A stretch of DNA of 64,000 bases. Origin: Camelus ferus (Eukaryota). Position 1 is the stretch's first letter; each line of letters begins with the position of its first letter. Where the stretch lies: positions 14,014,001-14,078,000 of the forward strand of contig NC_045698.1 of NCBI RefSeq assembly GCF_009834535.1, in the 5' to 3' direction. A program made the translations under genes and the position numbers. This document shows, in pieces, positions 14,702 through 28,024 of this stretch. The notes beneath the pieces are model-generated. The model saw only the letters and a program-made list of their open reading frames with translations. It was not told where the DNA came from and searched no databases.

Positions 14702-15083
14702 TGTGAGCTGGTCTTGAGATGAGTTAAGGCCGTGGGACCCAAGGCCACGACTACAGAGCATGTTTGTAGTACGCAGTAAATAATTGCTCCACGCATGCAT
14801 CAATTATAGAAGATTTAGAACAAAGAAAATAGAAGTACGCATGTACTAGAGATACTCTGTAAGCCTAATGAACAAAGAAACTCAGACTGCGCATGTGCTG
14901 ACAGAAAACAGATAAAAGCAGGACAGGTGCATCATAGGCACTCACCTCCCTGTGGCAATAAAGTGTTGTTAACCCCATGGTGTCTCCCGCTGAAGTCTGT
15001 CCGGCGGTATGACAACTCCTCGTACATTTTTTCATTGGGCCGCTCACCTCCTAGAACCCCATGTCAGCCTCCCTCGGCTGACA
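14702..15083 (+). mobile_element. Relatively young ERV solo LTR (382 bp)
   Basis: TG...CA ends; TATA-like gataaaa at 14911; AATAAA at 14957-14962; duplicated U3 unit; retained CpGs; terminal hairpin tgtcagcc/ggctgaca. TSD only partial (tcatc/gtatc). Confidence 0.75.
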
Positions 15084-16360
15084 GTATCAAAACTTAACTT
15101 TTAACATAATGGAAACAAGACAATTCAAAGTCTTGACCTTACACATAAGCGCTCATAACTGAGTGAGTTTGGCACAAAACTCCTGTTTCACCATAATTGG
15201 TCATTGAAAGTACTAATTGGAAATGGTATAATATAGTTATGCCAAACGAGAGGACAGAGTTAAGGTATTGCTATTAAAATGTACATTTAAAGTAACTACT
15301 ATCCCAATGCTTCTTATACAACATCCCATGTATAGTGACTGATTCCTTAGTTTTCAGTGTTTGTATGTTTTCACTCCAGTCATTTAAAGCGCAATTTCCA
15401 ATAAGCTCATTCATTCTGAGGATGTTTAACTGCATTATAATAGGTCTTTTAAACTTAAATTACCAAGAAATTCTTAGCTTTGAAGACAATACTCAGCATT
15501 TTGTTTTATAATCTCTCTTAGAACTTTCGACAGAAAATAGTCTGAGAGATGTGCATACTTAAAGAATCTTTATAGTAGGACATAGACTCCCATGATGCTT
15601 CAGCCAGTGTGATACTGAAACTAAAACATAACAACATGGAGGCTTACATTTCATTCAATAAATTATTTTGCTTAAAGAAAGGAGCAAAAAATTGCAGGAG
15701 CAAAGGTACTTTCTCAGAGCAGTACTTGAATAGCTCTAGGTTTCAGATAACATTTTATTTGTTTGTTTACCGAAGTATTAAATTAACCTACAATAAATAT
15801 GTACAACCAATGCAATCTTTATTTAAATATTATGTTGTCTATGTATTTGCCTCACTGAAACACAGGGTACAGCAGAGGCCAAGACTTGTCAAATCTTATC
15901 CACAGTGGCTTGCTTTATTTGTCCAAAGTAAATATGTACACCTACACACATACACACCTGTATGGACTCACATCAACACATGCAAACATTTAGACAGATA
16001 CTCAGACATATGCAAACACACAGAATTGGTATTTGTTTTTTAACAAGTCACAGAAGTCTGTAAGGAGTTATAAAATGCATATAAGATGTCTATATCCTAG
16101 CATGTTCTATCAAGTAAATACAACATTTATTGATAAATAAACATTTGGTTCTCTGTAAGGACAATTACTTGAGTAAATTCTTATATGTGTGCATGTGTGT
16201 GCTTGCATGTGTGTGTAATCCTAAACAAGGTAATGGAAGATGCATATTTTTAAAGTAAGAAATATACATCTTTCATAAATAAAACAAACATGGTTATTGG
16301 GAAAATATTTAAAAAATGAGCAGCACTATTATCAAATAATGAGGTAGCTTAAGATTTTCT

Positions 16361-16462
16361 ATCACTGCAACGGCAATCATATTACCATATGTAAGTGCAT
16401 TAAATCAGCAGGGTGTACCCCTTAAATTTACAGTGTTATATGTCAAATATATTTCAATAAAA
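16361..16462 (+). mobile_element. Very short L1 3' end
   Basis: Same tail type as 9385-9480; flanked by a near-duplication aagattttc / aatattttc. Confidence 0.75.
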
Positions 16463-17895
16463 ATATTTTCAACTAATTCTAAAGTCTCCTGCCAGGACAA
16501 CAACATATACACATATATATGTATATTTTTACTCCAGAAGTTTGATTACTAGGTTAATAATCATTTTATTTCTACATCTTTAGTAATATGTTGGTACTGC
16601 AAGAACTTGCATATCTCATACTCAGTTTAGGTTACATTGAGTTATTTATTTTTATTATCTCTCAATTTTATTTTTATTTAACTGAAATATTATAATTTAA
16701 TCTATAATTATAATGCAAAAATGCACATACATATGTATGTATATTCTTTATTTAAATATCTATTTCTATATACCTTCTTTATTGTTTTGTAAGTTACGGA
16801 AATTAAAGGGTTAAGCAGTATGTCTGAGATCTATTCCTGCCCAGTGTACTCAGGGGCTGGAGCACACCAGTGAAGGAAAGAAGGTATCTTCTTGTAAACG
16901 TGATAGTGACAACCCTCCTAGCAATCTAATGGTATTAACTACTGGAGAATGCTTGTCCATAGCATCTTGTCAGTTGGATGTACCTCATTATCTAAGACAA
17001 TGGTTAATAAGTCTGGAATCTGTAGACCTATTCAGGGTTCCCTGAAAAATGTGTTGAATGTTACATAACTGTATCAGTATAAGGAGATATTTATGACCAG
17101 ATGCGACTCTTCTGTGTTAGTTACATTGATGTGCCTTTTACCCGAAGATCTCACATGTTAACTGGATTCAGAATGCATGAAACATGACCAGAAAGGATCT
17201 AGGAAGCTGCTGGAACATCCTGGACCTCTCTCTACTTCATCTGAGTCTCCTGATTTTGGATATCCTTGAAAGTATTTGTAAAACTTGAAACATTTCTTAC
17301 TGAATAGTTGGCTACACTAAAAATGGGTTTATATTTAGCCTTAGCCAAATTGGTATTAACAAATTGTAAGACCATGAGCTTTTTGTGGATTTTAGATTAT
17401 GCCGCTATACCATAATCCTATACTGCATTATTGAGTATCCTTCATGATCATTTTGGCATCTCATAATATATGATGATTATTCTGATCACAGAAAAATAGA
17501 GGAAATAGAGCAGACTTCATATTCTTCTTTAAAAAAAGTTTACATGTCTTTGGATGTATTCTCAGTTAATTTTGTTTTCATTACACAATAATTGAGGGCT
17601 GAAGAATTATATAATACTCTGTTTTAAACTGATAGCACTTATTTAAATGTTACAGATATATGCAAAGGTAAGAAGCTTTTTACTGGTATGGTTATAAATA
17701 ATGGATAATCAAATATTAAGGAGAACAGTTAATGTATCTTTAATTATTCAATCACATTGTTTTTGAAAAAGTGAGGACATTTTAAAATGTGCTACAATAA
17801 CAATGTCTAATGTAGAAGAGTACACAGAAATAAAAGCATTGCTTTCTTTCATTGTAACATGCATCTGCACACGAATTATCCATAAGTGCACTAAC

Positions 17896-18015
17896 CTGTT
17901 TTAGGATCTACGGAGAAGTAGGGCTGTCCCTGGAGGATACTGTAAACCACCCGGGCACTGTTTCCGTAGGTGGGGTCATCTGCATCAGTAGCTGTCACCT
18001 GTAGAACAGAGGTAC
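17896..18015 (-). CDS. CDH18: Cadherin-18 next coding exon (120 nt, phase 1 to 1), EC2
   Basis: Read by hand: (G)[39 protein letters not shown](G), with the ATDADD motif. Acceptor ttttcctgaatgcacag|GT, donor ACA G|gttagt. Continues the 295-nt exon in frame (G+GT = Gly). Confidence 0.96.
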
Positions 18016-18364
18016 CTGTGCATTCAGGAAAACAAATTTTAGTGTGTGACGGCATTAGGCACATGAGCTATTTGTATACAGAAAAAGGTCGTGCTGAAAT
18101 ATCTCTGGAGAGTGATAATTTCTTATATTTCTTCGATTTATCTGTCAAACATGTTCTTCAATTTCTTTCCCTGACACCAAATGTTCTAAATGAGGGCCCA
18201 AAATGGAATACATGATTTCAGATATTTTAATATAGTTCTTATGTGCTGGTACCATTGTGAATGGTCTCTTTTAACTGTCACATATTCAGGGTTGGTTGGA
18301 TCAATGCTCAAGAATCAAACTGTTATTAACTGATGGGTAAAATCAAAACTATTCTGAGGGTATA

Positions 18365-18570
18365 AGGTTGGCCTTTGGACAATGCTGGGGTTGGGGGACA
18401 CCAATACTCCACAGGGTGAAAAATCCGTGGATAATTTATAATCAGCCCTCTGTATCTGCATCCTTAGATTCAACCAACCACAGATGTTTAGTACTGTAAC
18501 AATTACTATAGAAAAATTCGTATATGAGTGGACTCACTATTCAAACCCATGTTGTTTAAAAGGTCAACTG
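18365..18570. mobile_element. Tigger2-derived MITE (MER8-like)
   Basis: Degenerate terminal inverted repeats (aggttggcctttggacaa ... ttgtttaaaaggtcaactg); internal gattcaaccaaccacagat. Confidence 0.8.
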
Positions 18571-19511
18571 TTTATTGCCTGCAACATAACTACTCAGAAA
18601 ACTGAAGGTGGGGTGGTTTGTGATTAGGTAGTAGGGTGGCTGCATTGACATTAAATCATCAATGTCATCAAAACAGCACATTCAAGTCATTTCCTATCAT
18701 CTATGGAAATTTTTATTTTCTTACAAATTTCTTTTCATTTCTTACATAGACTATCAAATGAGTCTCCCAACTTGTCTCCAAAGTTCAGATCTCACTCCTT
18801 TGGCTCTTCTACACAGTACCAATGAAATTATTTTCTACAAGGGTATCAATATACCTATCACAGTGGATTTTTGAAGATTAATAATTTAATCTGTTTAATT
18901 ATTTAGGTAATTTAAAACCTTTAAAATACTATATTTTAAGGTACTAAAATTAGTGGATCTATTATGCTGGTGTCTTTATCTTTACACCTTTTAAACACAA
19001 TTTGCATAATTAGATACATCTTTATCATATTTCAGGTATTCCTAAATGAGAACTGATTTAAGGATAACATGACAAACATCTATTAAGGACTATACAACTT
19101 CACTGTAGAATCAGTAGTTAAGAGCTTTCATTTATTCATGAAATGTACTTGATGGATCATCTAATAATGATACTTGATAGTTTATTCTGGCTAACTAGAA
19201 AACTTCTACCTACTAATTTGGGTTATGTTTCAAATAAAAATATTTCCACAATCAAGTGAGCCTGTATGAAATTTTACTTTTATTTTGGTACTGGGCTATG
19301 GAAGTACTGACATTTTTTATTTTTAATTTTAGTAATTAATTCAATGATTTAGGTTTGACACACCTGTTAAGGGTCTAATAGCTGCTTAATTATAGCTTTA
19401 CTTCCGTGTTGAAATTCAGACACAACTGGAAGCAAAGCTTGTCCTGTACCTTCAAAGGATCCTAGAAAACTTAATTGAGTTAGGAAGCCAAGTTTGCAGA
19501 TCATAAATATA

Positions 19512-19694
19512 CAGCAGACCCTCTATATATATGGTTCCACATGCACAAATTCAATCAACTACTGATCATGTACTATGTTTGTGATCCACAGTGGTTGAAT
19601 TTCTGGATGTGGAACCCATGGATATGGAAATAGAAGGCTAGCTAAGGGACTTGACCATCTGCAGATTTTGGTATCCGATACTGAGGGACGACTG
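19512..19694. mobile_element. MER2-like Tigger MITE
   Basis: TA on both sides; ends cagcagaccctc / gagggacgactg; internal ggatgtggaacccatggatatgga and gattttggtatcc. Confidence 0.8.
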
Positions 19695-19859
19695 TATATA
19701 GATTTGTAATAAAATGCCATGATTTTTGCCTCTAAGTAGTATTTTTACAGTGAGACGTTAAGCAAACATATAATTAATAACTATGCAGACTGAGAAGGAA
19801 AGAGCTGACTGTGTTATATCCAAAAGGTATTTCTAATTGTGGATAATAAAACACAATAG

Positions 19860-20545
19860 TGGTATCAAATTCTAGTGAGAAATTAGGCCACTCATACACT
19901 GCTGGGGAAATGTAAGTTTAGCAGATTCTTCAAAAAAACAAACACACATTTACCATATAACCCAGGAAATCGTATTCTTGGGCATTTATGTTAAAGTAAT
20001 GAAATTATATGTTCATATAAAAACTTATTTACAAATATTCATGGCCACATTATTCTTAGTAGCCCCAAACTGGAAGCAGCCCAGATGACCTTCAATGGGA
20101 AAACGGTTAAAAAAAAAAATGGTGCATTATTGCCACGGAATACTACTCAGCAGTAATAATGAGCAGACTATTGATATATGCACCAGCTTGGATGAATCTT
20201 CAGGGAATTATACTCAGAGGGGAAAAAAACCATCCCAAAAGATTATACCCTATATGATTCCATTTATTTAACGTTCTAGAAGTGATGAAATTTTACAAGT
20301 GGATGACAGACTAGTAGTTGTCAGGGTCTGGGGGGAGAAGAAGTGGAAAGGGGGTGAGTTTGATTATAAAAGGGCAACACAGGGATCCTGGAGATGCTGG
20401 AACTGTTTAGTATTTTGATTCTGGATACATGAACATGCCCAGGTGATGCATTACATAAAACTAAACACAAACATGCACACAGGTAAAACTAGGGAAATCT
20501 AAAGAAGATTGGTAAGTCATTTAAATAACCTGGTTATGATATTGT
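19860..20545 (+). mobile_element. Old L1 (L1MC-like) ORF2 end and 3' UTR
   Basis: ccatataacccagg...gccccaaactggaagcagcccagatg...ggaatactactcagcag...ataaaagggcaacacagggatcc. Confidence 0.85.
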
Positions 20546-21932
20546 TGTAAAGAGCCTACCTTGGGTTTGTGTGTGTACCAGGGTTTTTCTCATTTATCAC
20601 ACTACAATTTCTGGCTTGATAAACTTCCCAGTGCTACTCACATGTAGACTATCTCTTTTATTATTAATATTATGATTATAGAACATTAAGAACTTTTTCT
20701 GTGATGTCTTAACACTTGCTTCATACTCACAGTCAACTTTCCAACTTGTTTAGTAGGTAAGATACTTAGCAAAAATGTTGGATTAGGAGGCATTTTCATT
20801 TTGTTCCTCATTGAAAAAAATTAAAATCCATAGTAGGTACCCAGATCAGACTCTTAAGTGTAAAAACCCAAACTGTGGTGAAAAAATTATAAAATATACC
20901 AGTCAAATCTTTGATCTTATAGGAAAAATGCTGATAGTACTGCCTATAAGAATTACTAGGATTCAGGAAAAACGGTCTAGATAGAAAGTGGTAAAATAAT
21001 GGCCATCTTTTAAGAAACCACACTTACAAAATCCTCAGGTTTTAAAACTTGCTCTGGCCTTACAACAGTGATTTAGGTCTAAACATTTTTAATGTCTTGA
21101 TGGTAGCCCCAAAGCAACCATTCCACGGAGAAAGCCAGGGAAGGTAAATAAGGCCAGATCACACGTCATTTATGGTGACAGGATGCATCACCACATGTAA
21201 GGAAAGGAGTGCTCTGCCTGGCTTGAGCTGTCATTAAAGTCCAGGCTTGTTAAGTGAAAGCTGAGACACAAGAATGACAAGTGACAAGTGAAATAAAGAA
21301 CACCGAGAAAAGGAGAAAGGAAAGAAAGAGAGGTAGTATAGTGGTGTTGACTAAGTGATGGTTTAAAGTAGCAAAAGGAAGTGAGCAGAGCAGAAAAGAG
21401 TTCCAGGGAGAAAAAGAAAATATACTAACTATCTACCCAGGTCGAAAAGTATGGTCATTATCAATTACACCCAGCCCTATGCAGTTGGTCTCATGGGTAC
21501 CAGGCAATTCTATTTGTGTGCAAAGCAAAGAACAGCAAATTACCCTCTACCACTGTAGTTTGGTGGCATCTGAAGGCATCAGCCTGCCACTTTGAGTACT
21601 CAGATTGCTGGCAAAAGGAAGAAGAGGTATATGAACAGCACAGCTCAACCAAAAGTCAACCTGAATACAGCGGGAGTAGTTAAATAGCAGGGGTGGAAGA
21701 TCAATCCCTTCACCAACTGTTCAGAGATTCTTTACCAAGGAGAATTGGTAAGGAAGTTTTAGACCAAAAGGAAAATATATAATTATCTTGCTTTCTTATT
21801 TATTTGAAGCTTTGATGGGAACATTTTAAGAACCATGGGTACTTTTGGAAGTTCTTTTACATTAGGAAAAAGAAGCTTTTTTTTTTCATTAAAATATATA
21901 AATCATAAAAACATAGAACTCTGTAGGGGTTG

Positions 21933-22417
21933 TGTTATGAGTTGAACTGTTTCCCCTCAACGTTCATATGTTGAACTTCTAAACTCTTGTACTTTGAGAG
22001 GTGACCTTATTTGGAAAAAGGGTCATTATAGATATAATTAATTAAAATGAAGTCATACTGCAGTAGGTTGGGCCCCTACTCTCATATGACAGGTGCCCTT
22101 ATAAAAACAGGAAATTTGGAGGGACGCAGACAGACAGACACACGCACACATACAGGAGTACATTATGTGAAGATGAAGGCAAAGATCAAGGTGATATTTC
22201 CACCAGCCCAGGTAAGTCATAGGTGGTCAGCAAATCGTTAGAATCTAGAGGAGAGGCCTGGAAAAGAGTCTTCCCCAGAGCTTTAAGAGGGAACATGGCC
22301 TTGCTGCTACCTTGACCTCAGACATCCAGCTTTAGGAACAGTGATACAATAAATTTTTGTTGTTCAAGCTACCCAGTTGGAGGTACTTCGGTACAGCAGC
22401 CCTAGCAAATGAATACA
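21933..22417 (+). mobile_element. MLT1 solo LTR (MLT1C-like)
   Basis: tgttatgagttgaactg...gtgaccttatttggaaa...aataaatttttgttgttcaagc...cagcagccctagcaaatgaataca; ttgtg at both ends. Confidence 0.9.
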
Positions 22418-24235
22418 TTGTGTTACCATTGCAGTGGGAAGAAGTGACATTTATTCTCAGAATTTATAGTTGTTCTTTAACTGACTTTGGACAAGAGTCT
22501 GAAGTTACAAGCCAAGAAAAGAACGATGAATCATATCTTAAGCTGTTTGATGCCAGATAACATCCATACATGAGACAAAATCAAAAGTTAATCTCGCAAG
22601 TAGATAAAATTAAACTAGGTCAAAATTAGTGGTATTTGCTTTTCTTTTGACTATTAGGCATCACTAGTGATCTACCTGTTGGTGTTTCTAGGTAAATGAA
22701 TCAGTCATGTTGGTCATTTTAAGGAAGAATTTTTATTCCTGGTTAAAAGTTTAAATGAAAAAGAATTATCAGTATGGATACATCTACGTCTGAGAAAATT
22801 ACCCCACACTGGACAATTCAGTTCCTTTCTTCATGTTATAGGCCCTCACTGCATAAATAGTAGAAAAGAGAAAATTATTATCCTCTACAGTGCTAGATTT
22901 CCAAGGAAAAATATATAAAGTGATACTTAAAAATCCACTATTCCACTAGAATGTCAAAATAAGAATCTAATCTTCTCTTGAAATTATTATAGATGGATTT
23001 GGTCAATAGATACTAAACCAACAGTCCCTCCCTACATAACTGGCTTCCAATCAAAGAAAAGTTTAAAAAGTGCTACATAAGCTTTCTCAATTTTTACAAC
23101 TGTTTCCATTAAAAGCAATAACCACAAACATATTGCATTTGAGAGTTTCACTGGCTATTCCGTGTACAACATTTTCATGTTAAATAGTTCCTATGGCGTA
23201 CTTTTAGCTAACCCCATATTAGGGATTAGAGCTTCTCAGCTGATGTTTTAAACAAATCTGAAAAGATTCAAGCGCATAAAAAAGCTTTCAAGATATCTTT
23301 TCTGCAGTAAAACTTAAGTCTTGTTTCCCTTGGGGACTGCCCTGTGTCATTCTTTTCACTTGGTTTCTTTTTGTACTGCTGTTTTATAAACAGCACACAT
23401 TTTGTAAAGTTACATATCAACAAGAAACAGAGTGAACTTTCTCGAAAGTCTCTGAAGACCAATTTGAAATATTTAATAAGGCATTTTAATACCAAGCAAA
23501 TATTCTCTGAGGTTGCAAATCATTATGCATGACTTGTCAGGGTTCACAGCTGTGTTAAAATCTCAAGTGAATTAACATTGAGCAAAAACTGAGTAAAAAT
23601 AAGCTGGAGATTTATGAAGGCTGAGAGTATCTGAAGGAATCTCTTAGGGCTTAATTCTCAAATGATTTTTCCAGGGACTGTGAAAAAGCAATAGTCATCA
23701 AGATACAACTTAAATTTCATTCTACACTGGAGGACTGTAATTTCACCAACAGAGCAATAACACAGTATTCCAGTCATCACATAATTTGATAAAGCTTTGA
23801 GTATTCACCCAAGAGTTACTGGATTAAAACAACAACAACAACAACAAAAACCTTTGCAGGAACACTTATGAAATATCTGGGAAACAAAGAAAAAAATCAC
23901 TAACATATAATTGTATACATTAAATCACAGCTATTGTGACTTTCTGTATACTTTCAATTAGATCCTTTTTATGGAACTACCTAATGTGAGATTTGACATT
24001 ATTCAAGTAAATTTTATATCATGTCCCTTAAATGAAAAAAATAATAATTAAGGAGATAATATATGTTTAGTGACAATGATGTAGGGACCCCCCTGCTGTA
24101 TGTCATTTAATTTAATAAAAAGATAAACCTACTGAGATAATTACATTCAATGACATTTTACATTTTGAGGTTTAAAAAGTTTAAATAGTTGCCAATTTGA
24201 AAATGTACATTTCAAGAGTGGCTGACCCTATCTGT

Positions 24236-25077
24236 TTTCTTTTTTTTTTTTTTTAACATTTTTTTATTGATTTATAATCATTTTACAATGTGTCAAATTC
24301 CAGTGTTCAGCACAATTTTTCAGTCATTCATGGACATATACACACTCATTGTCACATTTTTTTCTCTGTGAGTTATCATAACATTTTGTGTATATTTCCC
24401 TGTGCTATACAGTGTAATCTTGTTTATCTATTCTACAATTTTAAAATCCCAGGCTATTCCTTCCCACCCTCTACCCCCCGGTAACCACAAGTCTGTATTC
24501 TCTGTCTGTGAGTCTATTTCTGTCCTGTATTTACGCTTTGTTTTTGTTTGTTTGTTTTTGTTTTTGTTTTTTAGATTCCGCATATGAGCGATCTCATATG
24601 GTATTTTTCTTTCTCTTTCTGGCTTACTTCACTTAGAATGACATTCTCCAGGAGCATCCATGTTGCTGCAAATGGCATTATGTTGTCGGTTTTTATGGCT
24701 GAGTAGTATTCCATTGTATAAATATACCACCTCTTCTTTATCCAGTCACCTGTTGATGGACATTTAGGCTGTTTCCATGTTTTGGCTATTGTAAATAGTG
24801 CTGCTATGAACATTGGGGTGCAGGTGTCATCCTGAAGTAGATTTCCTTCTGGATACAAGCCCAGGAGTGGGATTCCTGGGTCACATGGTAAGTCTATTCC
24901 TAGTCTTTTGAGGAATCTCCACACTGTTTTCCATAGTGGCTGCACCAAACTGCATTCCGACCAGCAGTGTAGGAGGGTTCCCCTTTCTCCACAGCCTCTC
25001 CAGCATTTGTCATTTGTGGATTTTTGAATGACGGCCATTCTGACTGGTGTGAGGTGATACCTCATTGTAGTTTTGAT
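24236..25077 (-). mobile_element. Young 5'-truncated L1 (ORF2 C-terminus, 3' UTR, poly A), sense to CDH18
   Basis: Uninterrupted ORF 24571-25065 encodes the L1 ORF2 Cys-rich C-terminus ([15 protein letters not shown]); poly-T at about 24235-24254. No TSD found. Confidence 0.95.
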
Positions 25078-27176
25078 ATGTTACATTCCTTCCATACACT
25101 CAATTGTTCCATCCAGTCGTGATCTGTCAAGTGTCAGCAGTTACAGTATCTTCTGCCTTTGTCTTGTGTGTTTCCTTGGTAGTATGTAACGGCAGTCCAG
25201 ATGCATCTACTTGGAGAGAGGCAGCATTATAGCTCACACTCCCCACACACATCATAGCCAAAGACCAAATCAGTAAATATATTTTGGGAGATGAAGGTGT
25301 GTATGAAATACTTAGGGAGAAGCAATCTCCAGATACCGGCAGCAACGTTGGGCTCTTCTGTACCCTTACAGAATGCTCACAATTCTCTTGATTTCTGTAC
25401 AGAGTAAATGGCTGCTGTAAAAAGTTACTGGACTATCATATTCGCACCAGTCTTACATATCTTCTAAATAAATTTGCATGTTGCTCTCACATTAGTTTCC
25501 TACCCTGTTCTGCTCTGTTTGCTGGAACCTAACACCTGTCATTGACATTGATTAGTGTTTCCCATGTCCATGCACAGAAGCCCAGCTCCTGGGGTCAGGT
25601 AACACTACCCTCCCAGCCTCAGGGATGCTAACCTTCTTCAGAGATTGCCTATTTCGTCCACTATTTGGCTTTTCATTTCTCCTACCATTTTTGCAACTCG
25701 TCCCACAGACTCATTCTACTGAACTAAATGGCAGTGGGTTTGGTCTTCCTGATTAAACTCCAAAGCATACAGAAGGCATTTATTAACAGGCTTCTTCCCA
25801 ACTATCCTTCAACACTTTTCTGAATAATGACCATACTTTACCAAATACAAAGATTAGGTTCTGTACTTGATTTTAATATAGTTAGTACTTTCAAATGAGA
25901 ATCTGTGTGTTCTTTACATTTAATAACTTAAAATTATTTAACATATTGGAATCTGACAAAGCTATCATTTGGAGGGTTGACTATTGCACGTAAAATTTAA
26001 AAAAATGAGACTTAAGGGGTGAGATTTTTAATGAGAAGGAAAACTCATATATATATACTCTGTTTATCTATCTATTAATTTATAGATAAATAGCATTAAA
26101 CACTTCGACACTTTTTAAAGTATTCCCTAGTTTAGCATATCTGATAATTAAGTCTGCATTACTGCTAATTTTATATCAATATTCTTATGAAAAGTTAGAA
26201 TTTGTATCTACAAGTTGCTTTAATGTTCACTCTTTGGAAAATATTCTATTAAAAAGTAAAACTTATTAACATATTCAGCATTTTTCTGGATAATACACCA
26301 TTATTTCAACTGAATTTTCATTCAATAATAACAACAAAAATAGAAATAAAGCCTAAACCAATGAAACTACTACCAAATAGAATATTTGACAGAGACAGAA
26401 ATATTTTGTCCTATTTGATCAGAAAAATTGTCAATAAAATTACAGAAGAATTTAATAAAAGATTATAATATATATGCTATATATTATATATACATACTGA
26501 TGTAAATATATGTGTATTTATACACACACAGACAACTGACATTCACTCATTGACTTCAATCATTGAGGAAATAACTCCAATTTATTTTTTAACAGTTAGC
26601 TGAAAAATTGATTTTTAAATATTACAATAGCACAGTCTATATATTTTAAAGAAACCTAAAATAAAACAGAACAGAACAATATAAATATAAGGTTAAAATC
26701 TTCTTTATGTCTCAGACCCATACCTACTCCTGCCAGATCCACTGTTCAAAAGTAACAGCACTTTCTTTGTCTTGATACTTGTTTTTTCACTATAAATTTA
26801 AATTTTCTGATTTTACCATAATTGAAAATATTCACTGATATCCTAAAATTAAAGATGAAGAATGCATTGCATCTACATTACCTCCTAATACTTCTCCCCT
26901 ACCATGAAATTTTAATTACATTATTAATTTTAATTATACTAGCATTGATTTTATTATTATAGATAAAATATTTAAGCCCCTATATCTTGCTACATTGATT
27001 TTAGGCAGCAGATATTATGCCCCTAATGATTTCTGAGGAAACATACACAATTCACCATTTTTTCACCTTTGATTTTTGTCAGTTATATATTTGAGGTCAT
27101 TGTGGTTTACAACATTTTATTATGTCCTTCCTCTAAAAAAAAAAAATAACTTTTATATTTTTCCAATGGTTTGATT

Positions 27177-27720
27177 TGAGAGACTGAATATACAAAGGAC
27201 AATGGCAAGACCATGTGTAAAAATAGAACTCTGACTTACCACCTGCAACAATCAGTTCTAGAAACCAATCCATTATCTACAATAACCAGCCCAGGATCCA
27301 GGCTACTCTATGTAAGCCAGATTGTAGGAAATCAAATCACTCTCACTAGCAACAATCCAAAAAGTCAAATAATAACAATCAGTCTCAAATGGCCACAACC
27401 TGATTAATAACTTCCAGTTTCCCTAATTTTTCTCCACTTTCAACTTAAGATCAATCAGATAAGGCAAATTATGCATCCTTAACCAATCATGTAGCATGAA
27501 CTGCTTCTACTTAACCCACCTACAGATTCCCCATATCAATGACCTCCAATCATAACATTCTTGAAGCATTTCCTTTTGTCCACTATAAAGCTTTCCCATT
27601 CGCCTGCCTGCCTTCAAACCTCTAGCAAAATACAAGTGATAGAGCTTAACTCGCTATAGCAAACTCTGAATAAATGGATTTTGCCTGTTCTCATTTGGTT
27701 TGTCATAATTTATTTCCATA
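27177..27720 (+). mobile_element. ERV1 solo LTR, MER90-like
   Basis: tgagagactgaatat...aaaaatagaactctgac...ccactataaagctttccc (TATA)...ctctgaataaa...ttatttccata. Confidence 0.8.
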
Positions 27721-28024
27721 AGTTATACAAAACTGAGAAGTAATATGCACTATTTAATTATACAAGAAATTATTCTCCCCAAATCCAATTAATGTGACTT
27801 GAATAATTTGAAAAGATAAAAATGCCTTAATTCTAAGCTTTTGTCCACAAAATGAGAATTTTTAAAGTGTCAAGATCAAATGACTTCAGAATTCTTTAAC
27901 GTGATGGCACATTTTCTACTCATTATTTTCTATATCCAATATATTCTTCTATCTAGAAATAGTATATGGGTTTTTTTTTTTTTGCTGATGTTAATAATAA
28001 ATATTTCTAATGCATAAATACACT

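Noticed and set aside
1..17895. Next CDH18 exon (expected to begin GVIRTAL), and the preceding WVWNQF exon above 48275
   Set aside because: Not found by reading the minus strand; presumably outside the window.
26560..27960. HAL1-like relic around the MER90-like LTR, and LTR-like stretches near 3520-3720, 16820-17450, 25500-25770 and 43620-43880
   Set aside because: Resemblance too weak to set family or boundaries by eye.
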